Shown here in pieces: positions 23,936 to 32,430 of a stretch of 64,000 nucleotides of DNA (position 1 is its first letter; each line of letters begins with the position of its first letter). The position numbers and the translations under genes were made by a program. Location of the stretch: the NCBI GenBank assembly GCA_044220955.1, contig JBGAQA010000012.1:46848-110847 (forward strand). Reading direction: 5' to 3'. The notes beneath the pieces were generated by a model. That model was not told the DNA's origin, did not search any database, and saw nothing but the letters and a program-made list of their open reading frames with translations. The DNA is from Sandaracinaceae bacterium. Lineage in GTDB: Bacteria > Myxococcota_A > Polyangia > Polyangiales > Sandaracinaceae.

Positions 23936-24979
23936 ATGCCGCGTCTCGCACTCACCTTGGTCCTCGTCTTGCCCGCGCTCGTCGCCGCCGGGTGCCGCCA
24001 GCGCAACGACCTGCCAGCCACGATCCGCTGCACGCCTGGAGAGACCGTCGAGATCGGCTGCGCCGCCGGCTGCGGCCTGGGCATGTGCCAGGGCGATCCC
24101 ACGCTGCGCTTCTGTGACGGAACGCTGAGCGCGAGCGAGTGCGGCCACGCGACCGACACGACGACGTTCGCGATGATCGACGACACGTCGTGCGGCGGCT
24201 TGTGCCCGTTCGGACGCATCACCTGCCCGCCCTCGGGCGCCGTGACGGTCGTCCCCGGCACCGCGAGCGGCAGCAGCGCCTCGTGCGCCTGGGCGGCCGA
24301 CAACCTCGGCGTGCTCCCGCCCGGGGGCCGCGGCGCCGAGATCATCACGTGCACCGCGGGCGCCCCCGTGCGCGTCGGCTGCTCGGACGCGTGTGGCATC
24401 GGGCACTGCGCCTCGAGCACCGCGCGCATCCGGATCTGCGACGGCGTCGTCACCACGGGCGACTGCCAGAGCGGACCGCTCGGCCACTGGGTGCTCGACG
24501 TGACGACGGCGTCGAGCGGCAGCGACTGCGACTTCCGCTGCCCCGAGGCCGTCGTGACCTGCCCGAGCTCGGGAATGCTGACGGTGTCCCCGTCGGCGAT
24601 CGGCAGCGCGGCCGACTACTGGTGTCAGTGGGAGGCGGTCGAGCCGCCCCACCACGCGGACGACGTGGTGTCGTGCTCGCCCGGCGCACGCCTGGTGGTG
24701 GGCTGCGCGGCGGGCTGCAACGCGGGGGCGTGCGTAGGCCGCGGAGGCATCCGCGTGTGCGACGGCGGCATCACCGCGGCGGAGTGCCGCACCACGACGA
24801 CGCGCCTCGGCGACTCGTTCGGCAGCTCCTCGTGCGACGACGCGTGCCCGGAGACGGTGGTGGTCTGCCCCGCGTCCGGCGCGCTCACCGTGGTGTCCGG
24901 CGCGAGCTTCTCGAGCGCCGACCCGGCCGAGGGGTTCGCGTGCGACTGGGTCGTGCGCGCGGCCGGCCTCGGCGAATAG
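23936..24979 (+). CDS. Lipoprotein with three tandem ~100-aa 10-Cys repeats
   Basis: AGGAG RBS, lipobox AAGC, and three copies of C..G.....GC...C..G.C...(L/I)R.CDG...C...C...CP....CP.SG..TV...C.W. Confidence 0.8.
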   Translation: MPRLALTLVLVLPALVAAGCRQRNDLPATIRCTPGETVEIGCAAGCGLGMCQGDPTLRFCDGTLSASECGHATDTTTFAMIDDTSCGGLCPFGRITCPPSGAVTVVPGTASGSSASCAWAADNLGVLPPGGRGAEIITCTAGAPVRVGCSDACGIGHCASSTARIRICDGVVTTGDCQSGPLGHWVLDVTTASSGSDCDFRCPEAVVTCPSSGMLTVSPSAIGSAADYWCQWEAVEPPHHADDVVSCSPGARLVVGCAAGCNAGACVGRGGIRVCDGGITAAECRTTTTRLGDSFGSSSCDDACPETVVVCPASGALTVVSGASFSSADPAEGFACDWVVRAAGLGE

Positions 24980-24994
24980 GAGCGCGTCGCCGGC

Positions 24995-25330
24995 TCACGC
25001 CTCGCGGGGCCGCGAGGCGACCCCACGGTCCTGCCGCTCGTCGCGCCGTCGGCGGCGCCGGTACCCGCGATGAACGAACCCGCCCTCCCCGCCGGTCCCG
25101 GCGAACGCGAAGAACCACGCGATCACGCAGAGCACCGGGTTGGTGTCCCAGTAGACGCTCGTCGCCAGGATCGCCACGAGCAGGTGCGGGCAGAAGATCC
25201 AGCCCAGCCACGAGAGGACGCCGAAGGGCCCGCCCACGAAGAGCAGCGTGATCCGCGGGAACACCACCAGCCCGACGAGGATCAGCCAGCCCCACTCGGC
25301 GTGGGCGGCGAAGAAGTCGGCGTGGTGCAT
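24995..25330 (-). CDS. Small multi-TM hypothetical protein
   Basis: Three to four hydrophobic segments and an Arg-rich C-terminus. Confidence 0.7.
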   Translation of the reverse strand: MHHADFFAAHAEWGWLILVGLVVFPRITLLFVGGPFGVLSWLGWIFCPHLLVAILATSVYWDTNPVLCVIAWFFAFAGTGGEGGFVHRGYRRRRRRDERQDRGVASRPREA

Positions 25331-25379
25331 GACTGCGGGTGCCTACGCACACGGGCCTCGGTCGCCACGCGCGCCTCGC

Positions 25380-26000
25380 TCAGCGTCCCCAGCTAGCCTG
25401 CACGCGCCCGATCGCCAGCGCGTGCTGTCGCAGCATGAAGCGCGCGAGCGCGCCGGTCCCGCCCGCCGGCACGCCGAGCGTCGCCGTGTCCAGCGCGTAC
25501 ACGGTGATCTCGTAGCGGTGCGCAGGCCCGGGGGGCGGGCACGGACCGCCGTAGCCGTTGGCGCCGAAGTCCGTGTAGGCCTGCACGGTGCCGGCGGGCA
25601 TCCCACCCTCCGCGCTCGAAGCGCCCTCCACGAGCGAGGTCGTGGTCGTCGGGATGTCGGTGACGATCCAGTGGAAGAACCCGACGCCCGTGGGCGCGTC
25701 CGGGTCGTGCATGACGATCGCGTAGCTCAACGTCCCAGCGGGGCCCGCGGTCCACGTGAGCGCCGGGCTCTGGTTGCCGCCGGTGCAGCCGAAGCCGTCG
25801 AACACCTGCGCGGCGGCGAACCGGCCCTCGGTCGTGCCGCCGAGGGTGACGGTGATCGACTCCGGCGCGGTGATCGGCTCGCGCAGCATGTCGCCGCCCG
25901 AGGTGGCCGCGGCGCTCGACGCCGCGCTCGAGTCCGGACAGCTCGAGCCGCACGCGGACAGGATGAGGAGGAGGATACCGACCGAGATCGCCTTCTGCAT
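25380..26000 (-). CDS. YbhB/YbcL (PEBP/Raf kinase inhibitor-like) lipoprotein
   Basis: Lipobox LSAC, GCTGGNQSP.L.W, HDPDAPTG.GFFHW, YGGPCPPPG..HRY and VYALD motifs. Confidence 0.92.
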   Translation of the reverse strand: MQKAISVGILLLILSACGSSCPDSSAASSAAATSGGDMLREPITAPESITVTLGGTTEGRFAAAQVFDGFGCTGGNQSPALTWTAGPAGTLSYAIVMHDPDAPTGVGFFHWIVTDIPTTTTSLVEGASSAEGGMPAGTVQAYTDFGANGYGGPCPPPGPAHRYEITVYALDTATLGVPAGGTGALARFMLRQHALAIGRVQASWGR

Positions 26001-26099
26001 GCGCGCGATGGTGCGCGCGCCGCGCGAAAAGGGGAAGGCGCTGCGCGGGCTGGATCTCGACGCGGGAGCGCGTAGACCCGGACGCAGGTCACCGGCCGC

Positions 26100-28190
26100 A
26101 TGAGCCTCACGCGCGAGATCACCCTCTGCTTCCCGAGCCTGACCGAGGCCCAGCAGACGCGCCTCGCGCCCTATCTCGAGCGGGTGTCGGTGGCCGAGGG
26201 GCAGACCCTGGTCCGCGAGGGCGCGCACGACTGCGACGCGTTCTTCGTGGTCGAGGGCCGCGCGCGCATCTCGCGCGCCGGGCTGGAGGTGTCCGTGCTG
26301 GAGGCGGGCGATCACTTCGGCGAGCTCGCGCTGCTGGCCGGCCGGCCCCGCGGCGCCACCGTGCACGCGAGCAGTGGCCTGATTCTCCTGCGCCTGCGCG
26401 CGGAGCGCTACGCCGCGCTGTCTCGCGAGGAGCCGGACCTGGCGATCGCGCTCGTCCACGCGCTCGTGGACGGGCTCGGCGACACGCTCTCCGAGATGAC
26501 CGAGCGCGTGAACGTGCTCGTGCGCGAGCGCTCGCTGCCGCGCCGCTCGAGCGTCGAGGTGACCGTCGACGGCAAGCGGGTGCGCGCCGCGACGGGGACG
26601 CCCGTCGGCGATCTGCTCCCCCGCGAGGTCGAGGGGGCGCAGGTCGTGGCGGCCCTCGTCGATCGACGCATCGTGGGCCTCGACACGCCCCTCGCGTCGG
26701 ACGCGACCGTGGTGTCCCTGGACACGCGGCACCTCGAGGGCGAGCGCATCCGGCGCGCGACCCTCGGTCTCGTGCTGCTCGCCGCCGCGCGCGCGGTCGT
26801 GCCAGGCGCGGTCGAGCGCCTCGGCCCCTCGCTCGGGGCGGCCCAGCTCGTGGAGCTGTCCCCCGGCCCGCACGACACGGCAGCGCTGGCCGCGCAGCTC
26901 ACGGCGGAGATGCGGCGCATCGTCCTCTCGGGCATGCCGCTCCTGCGCGAGTGGTGGACGGTCGAGGAGGCGCGCGCGCACTTCGCGGAGCTCGGGGACG
27001 TCGCCGCCGCCGACCTGCTCGACGTATCGCGGGAGCCGATGGTGCCGCTCGTCTCGCTCGACGGCGCGTACGCCATCGGCTTCGGGCCGCTGCTCCCGAG
27101 CGCCTCGCGTGCCGGCGAGTTCGAGGTCCGCGCCGACGACGGGCGCCTCCTGCTCGTCACCGGCGACGCGAACGACGACGCGCCTCGCTCGGCTCGGCCG
27201 GCCGCCGAGGCGATGACGGACGAGCACGCCCTCTGGCTGCGCTCGCTCGGCATCACGAGCGTCGGCGCCTTCGGACGCGCCTGCATCGCGGGCGACGTCG
27301 CGCAGATCATCCGCATCTCGGAGGGCTTCCACGAGAAGCGCCTGTCCCGCATCGCCGACGAGATCGTGCAGCGCGAGGATCGCGTGCGCGTCATCTGCGT
27401 CGCCGGACCGAGCTCGTCCGGCAAGACGACCTTCATCAAGCGCCTGCACGTCCAGCTCGAGGTGGTGGGGCTGCGCCCGATCGGGATCTCTCTGGACGAC
27501 TACTACGTCGATCGCGCCCGCACCCCGCGCGACGAGAACGGAGAGTACGACTTCGAGGCATTCGACGCGCTCGACGCGGGCCTGCTCCAGGACGAGCTCG
27601 CGCGCGTCCTGCGGGGCGAGACCGTGCGCCTCGCGCACTACGACTTCGTCCACGGCAAGAGCGTCCCCGGCGGTGGTCCCGAGGTGACCCTCGGCCCGAA
27701 CGACGTGCTCGTCATCGAGGGCATCCACGGCCTCAACCCCGCGCTGCTCGCCGATCACGTCCCCGAGCGTGCGCTCTACCGGATCTTCCTCTGTCCGCTC
27801 ACCGGCCTGCCGCTCGACGCGCTCACCCGCGTGTCCGTCTCGGACCTGCGGCTCTTGCGCCGCATCGTGCGCGACCGGCACGGCCGGTCCCAGACGGCCG
27901 AGGGCACGATCCGCCGCTGGGCGTCGGTGCGCGCGGGCGAGCGCAGACACATCTTCCCGCACTTCGATCGCGCGGACACCGTCTTCGACAGCGCGCTGGT
28001 GTACGAGCCCTCGGTGCTCAAGGTCTACGCCGAGCGCTATCTGCTGGAGGTGCCGCCGGGCAGTGACGCGTTCCCGACCGCGTTCCGCCTGCTCCAGCTG
28101 CTCGAGCGGTTCGTGTCGATCTACCCCGAGCACGTGCCGACGACGTCGATCCTGCGGGAGTTCATCGGCGGCTCGAGCTTCCCCGGCTGA
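26100..28190 (+). CDS. cNMP-binding domain fused to a ThrRS-N-like region and a uridine kinase-like P-loop domain
   Basis: GDHFGELALL...PRGATV cNMP cassette, AGPSSSGKTT, ISLDDYY, IEGIHGLN, RLLRRIVRD and SILREFIGGS motifs. Confidence 0.88.
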   Translation: MSLTREITLCFPSLTEAQQTRLAPYLERVSVAEGQTLVREGAHDCDAFFVVEGRARISRAGLEVSVLEAGDHFGELALLAGRPRGATVHASSGLILLRLRAERYAALSREEPDLAIALVHALVDGLGDTLSEMTERVNVLVRERSLPRRSSVEVTVDGKRVRAATGTPVGDLLPREVEGAQVVAALVDRRIVGLDTPLASDATVVSLDTRHLEGERIRRATLGLVLLAAARAVVPGAVERLGPSLGAAQLVELSPGPHDTAALAAQLTAEMRRIVLSGMPLLREWWTVEEARAHFAELGDVAAADLLDVSREPMVPLVSLDGAYAIGFGPLLPSASRAGEFEVRADDGRLLLVTGDANDDAPRSARPAAEAMTDEHALWLRSLGITSVGAFGRACIAGDVAQIIRISEGFHEKRLSRIADEIVQREDRVRVICVAGPSSSGKTTFIKRLHVQLEVVGLRPIGISLDDYYVDRARTPRDENGEYDFEAFDALDAGLLQDELARVLRGETVRLAHYDFVHGKSVPGGGPEVTLGPNDVLVIEGIHGLNPALLADHVPERALYRIFLCPLTGLPLDALTRVSVSDLRLLRRIVRDRHGRSQTAEGTIRRWASVRAGERRHIFPHFDRADTVFDSALVYEPSVLKVYAERYLLEVPPGSDAFPTAFRLLQLLERFVSIYPEHVPTTSILREFIGGSSFPG

Positions 28191-28289
28191 CAGGAGTGCT
28201 CGCCGCGGAGGACCCGGACGGGAGCGGGCGCAGCCCGCGGACGGAAGGGGCCGGAGAGGCGAGCCGACGCGATCGGCGCGGCTCCGGCC

Positions 28290-29390
28290 TCAGGTGCCGG
28301 CGCCGATGGCGTCCTGCACGCGCGCGAATCCCTCGGCGCGCGCGCGGACGAGCAGCCCGCGCGCGATCCGTCCCGGCGTGTCGGGTCCTCCGTAGACGAA
28401 GCCCGTGTAGAGCTGCACGAGGCTCGCGCCCGCCAGGATCCGCTGCCACGCGTCGTGGTCGCTCTCGATGCCGCCGACCGACACCAGCGTGAGGCGATCG
28501 CCCACGCGCCCACGCAAGAGGCGCAGAACCTCGAGAGAGCGCTCCTTCAGCGGCGCGCCGCTCAGGCCTCCGACGCCCGCGCGCTCGACCGCGTCCTTCG
28601 CGCTCGTCAGGCCGCTCCGCGCGATGGTCGTGTTCGTCGCGACGATGCCCGCGAGGCCCAGCTTCTCGGCGAGGTCGGCGACCGCGAGCACGTCGTCGTC
28701 CGCGAGGTCCGGCGCGATCTTCACGCAGAGCGGCGGGCGGTGCGCGCTCTCGGCCGTGCTCTCGTCGATCGCCTCGCCCACGGCGCGCAAGAGCGGCCCG
28801 AGCTTCTCGACCGACTGCAGGTCGCGCAGCCCGGGCGTGTTGGGCGAGCTCACGTTCACCACGACGTAGTCGGCGTGCGGCGCGAGCAAGCGCGCGCTCT
28901 TGACGTAGTCGGCGATCGCGCCCGTCTCGGGCACGAGCTTGGTCTTGCCGATGTTCACACCGACGACGCCGCGCCTACGGTCCCGGACGCGCAGGCGCGG
29001 CAGCGCGCCGGCCGCGCCGCCGTTGTTGAACCCGAGCCGGTTCACGAGCGCCCGATCGGCCGGGAGGCGGAACATCCGCGGCTGCGGGTTGCCGGGCTGC
29101 GCCTCGCCCGTCAGCGTGCCGACCTCGACGAACCCGAAGCCGAGCGCGAGCAGCGCGTCGAACCCGACCGCGTCCTTGTCGAAGCCGGCCGCGAGCCCGA
29201 CCGGCGTCGGGAACGTCAGCCCCATCGCCTCGACGCGCAGCGCCGGCTCGCGCGGTGGCCCGTAAAGCGCGGAGAGCATCGCGCCCCCGAAGGGCATCGC
29301 CTCCGCGAAGCGCAGGGCGCCGAACGCGATGTGATGGGCGCGCTCGGGCGGAAGAGAGAAGAGGAGCGGACGCGCGATCGAGTACAGCAA
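28290..29390 (-). CDS. pyrD: Quinone-dependent dihydroorotate dehydrogenase (class 2)
   Basis: [41 protein letters not shown] and GGLSG motifs. Confidence 0.96.
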   Translation of the reverse strand: MLYSIARPLLFSLPPERAHHIAFGALRFAEAMPFGGAMLSALYGPPREPALRVEAMGLTFPTPVGLAAGFDKDAVGFDALLALGFGFVEVGTLTGEAQPGNPQPRMFRLPADRALVNRLGFNNGGAAGALPRLRVRDRRRGVVGVNIGKTKLVPETGAIADYVKSARLLAPHADYVVVNVSSPNTPGLRDLQSVEKLGPLLRAVGEAIDESTAESAHRPPLCVKIAPDLADDDVLAVADLAEKLGLAGIVATNTTIARSGLTSAKDAVERAGVGGLSGAPLKERSLEVLRLLRGRVGDRLTLVSVGGIESDHDAWQRILAGASLVQLYTGFVYGGPDTPGRIARGLLVRARAEGFARVQDAIGAGT

Positions 29391-29437
29391 CGCGCGCGGA
29401 AGCTAGCGCGCGAGCGGCGCGATCGCGAGGGCCGCGA

Positions 29438-30445
29438 TCAGGCCAGCGTCCGGAGGAGCGCCTCGCGCTCCGTGGCGTCCGGGAGCCCGAGCGCCCCGCG
29501 CGTGTCCGCGTCCGCGTCGTCATCGCCGACGCGCCACGCCTCGAGCACCGCCTGCCGCTGGGCCTCCGTGTCGCGCGCGGCGCCGGGCGGGAGCGCCTCG
29601 AGCGCCCAGTCGTGGATGGCGAAAGAGAGCAGCGCGTGCCGCGCCTCGTCGGCCGCGATCTCGGCGTAGGCGGCGCGGACGTCGGCATCGCGCGCCCAGC
29701 GCGCCTGCCGCGCGGCGACGAGGGCCGCGTAGGCCTCGCGCACGCAGCCCTCGACCGCGTTGTCGGCGGCCATGGCCCGCAGATCACGAAGCGCCGCCCG
29801 CGCACGGCGCACCTCCGGCACCGCGCCGCCCCGGCGAGCCGCCAGCCCGGCGACGGTCCGAGCGTGGCGGCGCTCGTCTTGCGCGGCGCGCGCCGCGGCG
29901 CGAACGAGCCGCGCAGGCGCGCCGTGCAGGGCGAGCTCGATCCCCAGCTCGTCGAAGGCCGGCACGCTCGCACGCTCGAGGTAGGCGGCGCGCGCGAGCC
30001 ACCCCGCGACGCCGCCGCCCGCGTCCGCGAACGCGAGGCCCGAGGGCGCCCGGCCGCCGACGCAGAGGTGCGCGTACGAGCAGGTCAGCGTGTCGACGCC
30101 GCCCGCGCTCGCGACGCTGCACGTCACGTTCGCGTACTGCGCGCCGGCGATCCCGCCGTCGCTCCCGCTCCCGTCGAGCCCGCCGTCGGCCGGGCCGTAC
30201 CCGTCGAGCCCCAGACAGACCACGCGACACGAGCTGCTGAAGTCGCCCGCGTCGTTCGCGAGCGCGGCGCGCTGCGTCGCGTCGATCGCGTGCGTGGTCA
30301 TCGCGAACGGCTGACCGCACGAGCCGCCGGTGCACGTGCACGCGGACGAGGACACGAGCAGCACGAGCCCACCCGCAGGGGCCGCGAGGATCGGCAGCCC
30401 GAGCGCGATGCGGCGCAGGAGAAGACGCGCGTGTCGACCACCCAT
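29438..30445 (-). CDS. Exported myxobacterial ferritin-like (diiron) domain protein
   Basis: Signal-like N-terminus with Cys, Cys-containing linker, then E.ASV.AF, DERRH, NAVEGCVRE and DEARH motifs. Confidence 0.8.
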   Translation of the reverse strand: MGGRHARLLLRRIALGLPILAAPAGGLVLLVSSSACTCTGGSCGQPFAMTTHAIDATQRAALANDAGDFSSSCRVVCLGLDGYGPADGGLDGSGSDGGIAGAQYANVTCSVASAGGVDTLTCSYAHLCVGGRAPSGLAFADAGGGVAGWLARAAYLERASVPAFDELGIELALHGAPARLVRAAARAAQDERRHARTVAGLAARRGGAVPEVRRARAALRDLRAMAADNAVEGCVREAYAALVAARQARWARDADVRAAYAEIAADEARHALLSFAIHDWALEALPPGAARDTEAQRQAVLEAWRVGDDDADADTRGALGLPDATEREALLRTLA

Positions 30446-30520
30446 GCAGACCTCCGCCCGCCATCGTACCGGAGTCGTGCGGGCTCAGGAGGCGGACCGG
30501 TGGGGTCAGGGCGGACCGGT

Positions 30521-30683
30521 GGGGTCACTCCAGGGGGTCGTAACTACCGAGAACCACTGCGAACTGGCGGCAAGGTGCGCGATTCGTCGGATCGTCTTCC
30601 GACACAGGGCGATTCCGTGAACTGCGCACCTTGCCGCAGGAGCGCTGTCGTTTCGCGGGATTGGATGGGCCTGGAGTGACCCC
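30521..30683. repeat. REPIN/MITE-like palindromic element with two inverted ~73-bp arms
   Basis: GGGGTCACTCCAG (30521-30533) pairs with CTGGAGTGACCCC (30671-30683). GCGGCAAGGTGCGC (30567-30580) pairs with GCGCACCTTGCCGC (30624-30637). Arm spacing is identical. Confidence 0.85.
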
Positions 30684-30750
30684 ACTCGACACCCACTCGG
30701 TCCGAAGCTCACCCCCGACCTTCGGTCGTGGCTGACTCACGCCAGACGGC

Positions 30751-30812
30751 GAGGGGTCGTAACTGCCGAGAACCGCGGCGAACCGGCGGCCAGGTGCGCA
30801 TTTCGTCGGATC
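30751..30812. repeat. Third, 5'-truncated direct copy of the repeat arm
   Basis: GGGGTCGTAACTGCCGAGAACC...CGAACCGGCGGCCAGGTGCGCATTTCGTCGGATC aligns with 30534-30593. Confidence 0.85.
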
Positions 30813-30817
30813 AGGCC

Positions 30818-32407
30818 TCAGAGCGCGCCGGTCAGCTCACGCACTCGGGGTCGCTTCGTCGGATCGCCGGACAGAGCGGCGAGCACGAGGGCCCGGAGCG
30901 CCGCCGTCCCGCGCGCGTCGTCGATCGCCGGCGGGATCGGGATGGGCTGCTCGGCCATGGCGAGCACGAATGCCGGCACGGCGAACGGCGCCCTCCCGGT
31001 GAGCATCTCGTACGCGATGATCCCGAAGGCGAACACGTCCGCCGATGCGTCGAGCGCGCGCGCCGAGCGTGCGCCCTCGGGCGCCATGTAGAGCGGCGTG
31101 CCCATCACGACGCCGGTGCCGGTCAGCTCCGCGCTCTTCTTCGGCGTCGCGGCCATCGTCGCGGCGCCGGGATCGATCGACGGGGCGTCCTCGATCGCGC
31201 CGAATCGCGAGATGCCGAAGTCCGAGATCTTCGCGCCGGTCTCGGCGAGCAGCACGTTCGCCGGCTTGAGGTCCCGGTGCACCACGCCCGCGTCGTGCAG
31301 CGCGGCGAGCCCCTCGGCGATCTGCCGCAGGATCGGCAGCGCCCACGCCACCTCGCCGAACCTCGCGCGCTGCGCCTCGAGCGAGCCGCCCCGCACGAGC
31401 TCCATCGCGAGGTACGGCACGCCGCTCGCGACGCCCACGTCGACGATCGAGATGAGGTTCGAATGGCGGACGCGCGCGCCGATCTCCGCCTCTCGCGCGA
31501 ACCGCGCCGCCGACGCGCCGCTCACCTCGCCGCTCACCGCCTTCAGCGCGAGCTTCGCGCCGTCGGTCACGCGCTCGACCTCGTAGACCGCGCCCATGCC
31601 GCCCGCGCCGAGCGCCGCGACGATCTTGTAGCGCTCCGCGAAGCGCTCCCCGATCGCGAGCCGCCGCACGTCGAGCGTGACGTCGCTCTTCGCGAGCACC
31701 GCGCCGAGCTCGCGCGATCGCTCGGCCACCTGATACGAGAGCTCCTTCTGGAGCGCCGACTCCGCACGCGCGATGCGCTCTCGCTGAGATTCGATGATGC
31801 GCTCCTGCCGGTATGCGACGTGTGCGGCGCGGTCCGAGTTGAGGGCGACGATCAACCCGACGCCGAAACAGGCCCACAACATCGCTGTCTCGTAGGCGAG
31901 GCCCACCCCGCTCAGCTCCCCACAGAGCCACGACCTCGAGCGCAGCACCTGCGCACCTGCGGCGAGCACGACTCCGCATGGGGTGCCGTACCGAGCTCCG
32001 TCGGTACAGGCCGCCACCACGATGCCCGCCGTCGTGCCGGTGATGACCACGATGCCGCCGCGATCGATCTCTGGGTATTCAGCGGCTGCCCAGCCAGCGA
32101 TGAGCGCCCAACACGGAGCTCCGAAGACCCAGTAGGCGCGCCACATCGCCAGCCGACGGCGCCACAGGCCGATCACTCCGACGAGGATGGCCGTGTACAC
32201 GATCGAGCCGAGCGCCGCGAACCGCGTCCACGTGACTACCCCGCCGAGGACGAGCGTCAGCGGCATGACGATCCAGAAACTCAACACCGCGCCGATGAGC
32301 ACCCGGAGCTGAGGCATCGTCCGCGCGAACTGCCACTCTGCGAACGCGCGCTCCGCCGCCGACGACGCGAAGCGCGTTCCCCATCTCTCGAGATCCAGCT
32401 CGTCCAT
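30818..32407 (-). CDS. Receptor-like Ser/Thr kinase: N-terminal multi-TM domain, signalling helix and C-terminal Hanks kinase
   Basis: About 5-6 hydrophobic segments, [34 protein letters not shown] and YMAPE motifs. Confidence 0.9.
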   Translation of the reverse strand: MDELDLERWGTRFASSAAERAFAEWQFARTMPQLRVLIGAVLSFWIVMPLTLVLGGVVTWTRFAALGSIVYTAILVGVIGLWRRRLAMWRAYWVFGAPCWALIAGWAAAEYPEIDRGGIVVITGTTAGIVVAACTDGARYGTPCGVVLAAGAQVLRSRSWLCGELSGVGLAYETAMLWACFGVGLIVALNSDRAAHVAYRQERIIESQRERIARAESALQKELSYQVAERSRELGAVLAKSDVTLDVRRLAIGERFAERYKIVAALGAGGMGAVYEVERVTDGAKLALKAVSGEVSGASAARFAREAEIGARVRHSNLISIVDVGVASGVPYLAMELVRGGSLEAQRARFGEVAWALPILRQIAEGLAALHDAGVVHRDLKPANVLLAETGAKISDFGISRFGAIEDAPSIDPGAATMAATPKKSAELTGTGVVMGTPLYMAPEGARSARALDASADVFAFGIIAYEMLTGRAPFAVPAFVLAMAEQPIPIPPAIDDARGTAALRALVLAALSGDPTKRPRVRELTGAL

Positions 32408-32430
32408 TCGCGGCCGAGCTTAGCGCCCGC

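Noticed and set aside
26100..26520. cNMP domain as a Pycsar/CBASS-type defence effector
   Set aside because: No cyclase gene is adjacent, the fused domain is a nucleoside-kinase type, and the context is housekeeping.
28191..28289. GC-rich intergenic stretches (also 3993-4056, 7523-7616 and 57690-57879) as ncRNA or REP elements
   Set aside because: Only short, chance-level hairpins or duplications at this GC content, with no motif shared with the 30.5-kb family.
30491..30812. Possible CRISPR, tRNA or autonomous IS; short ORFs 30330..30620, 30506..30712 and 30525..30740
   Set aside because: No repeat-spacer periodicity, no cloverleaf and no transposase motifs. The short ORFs lack host codon bias.
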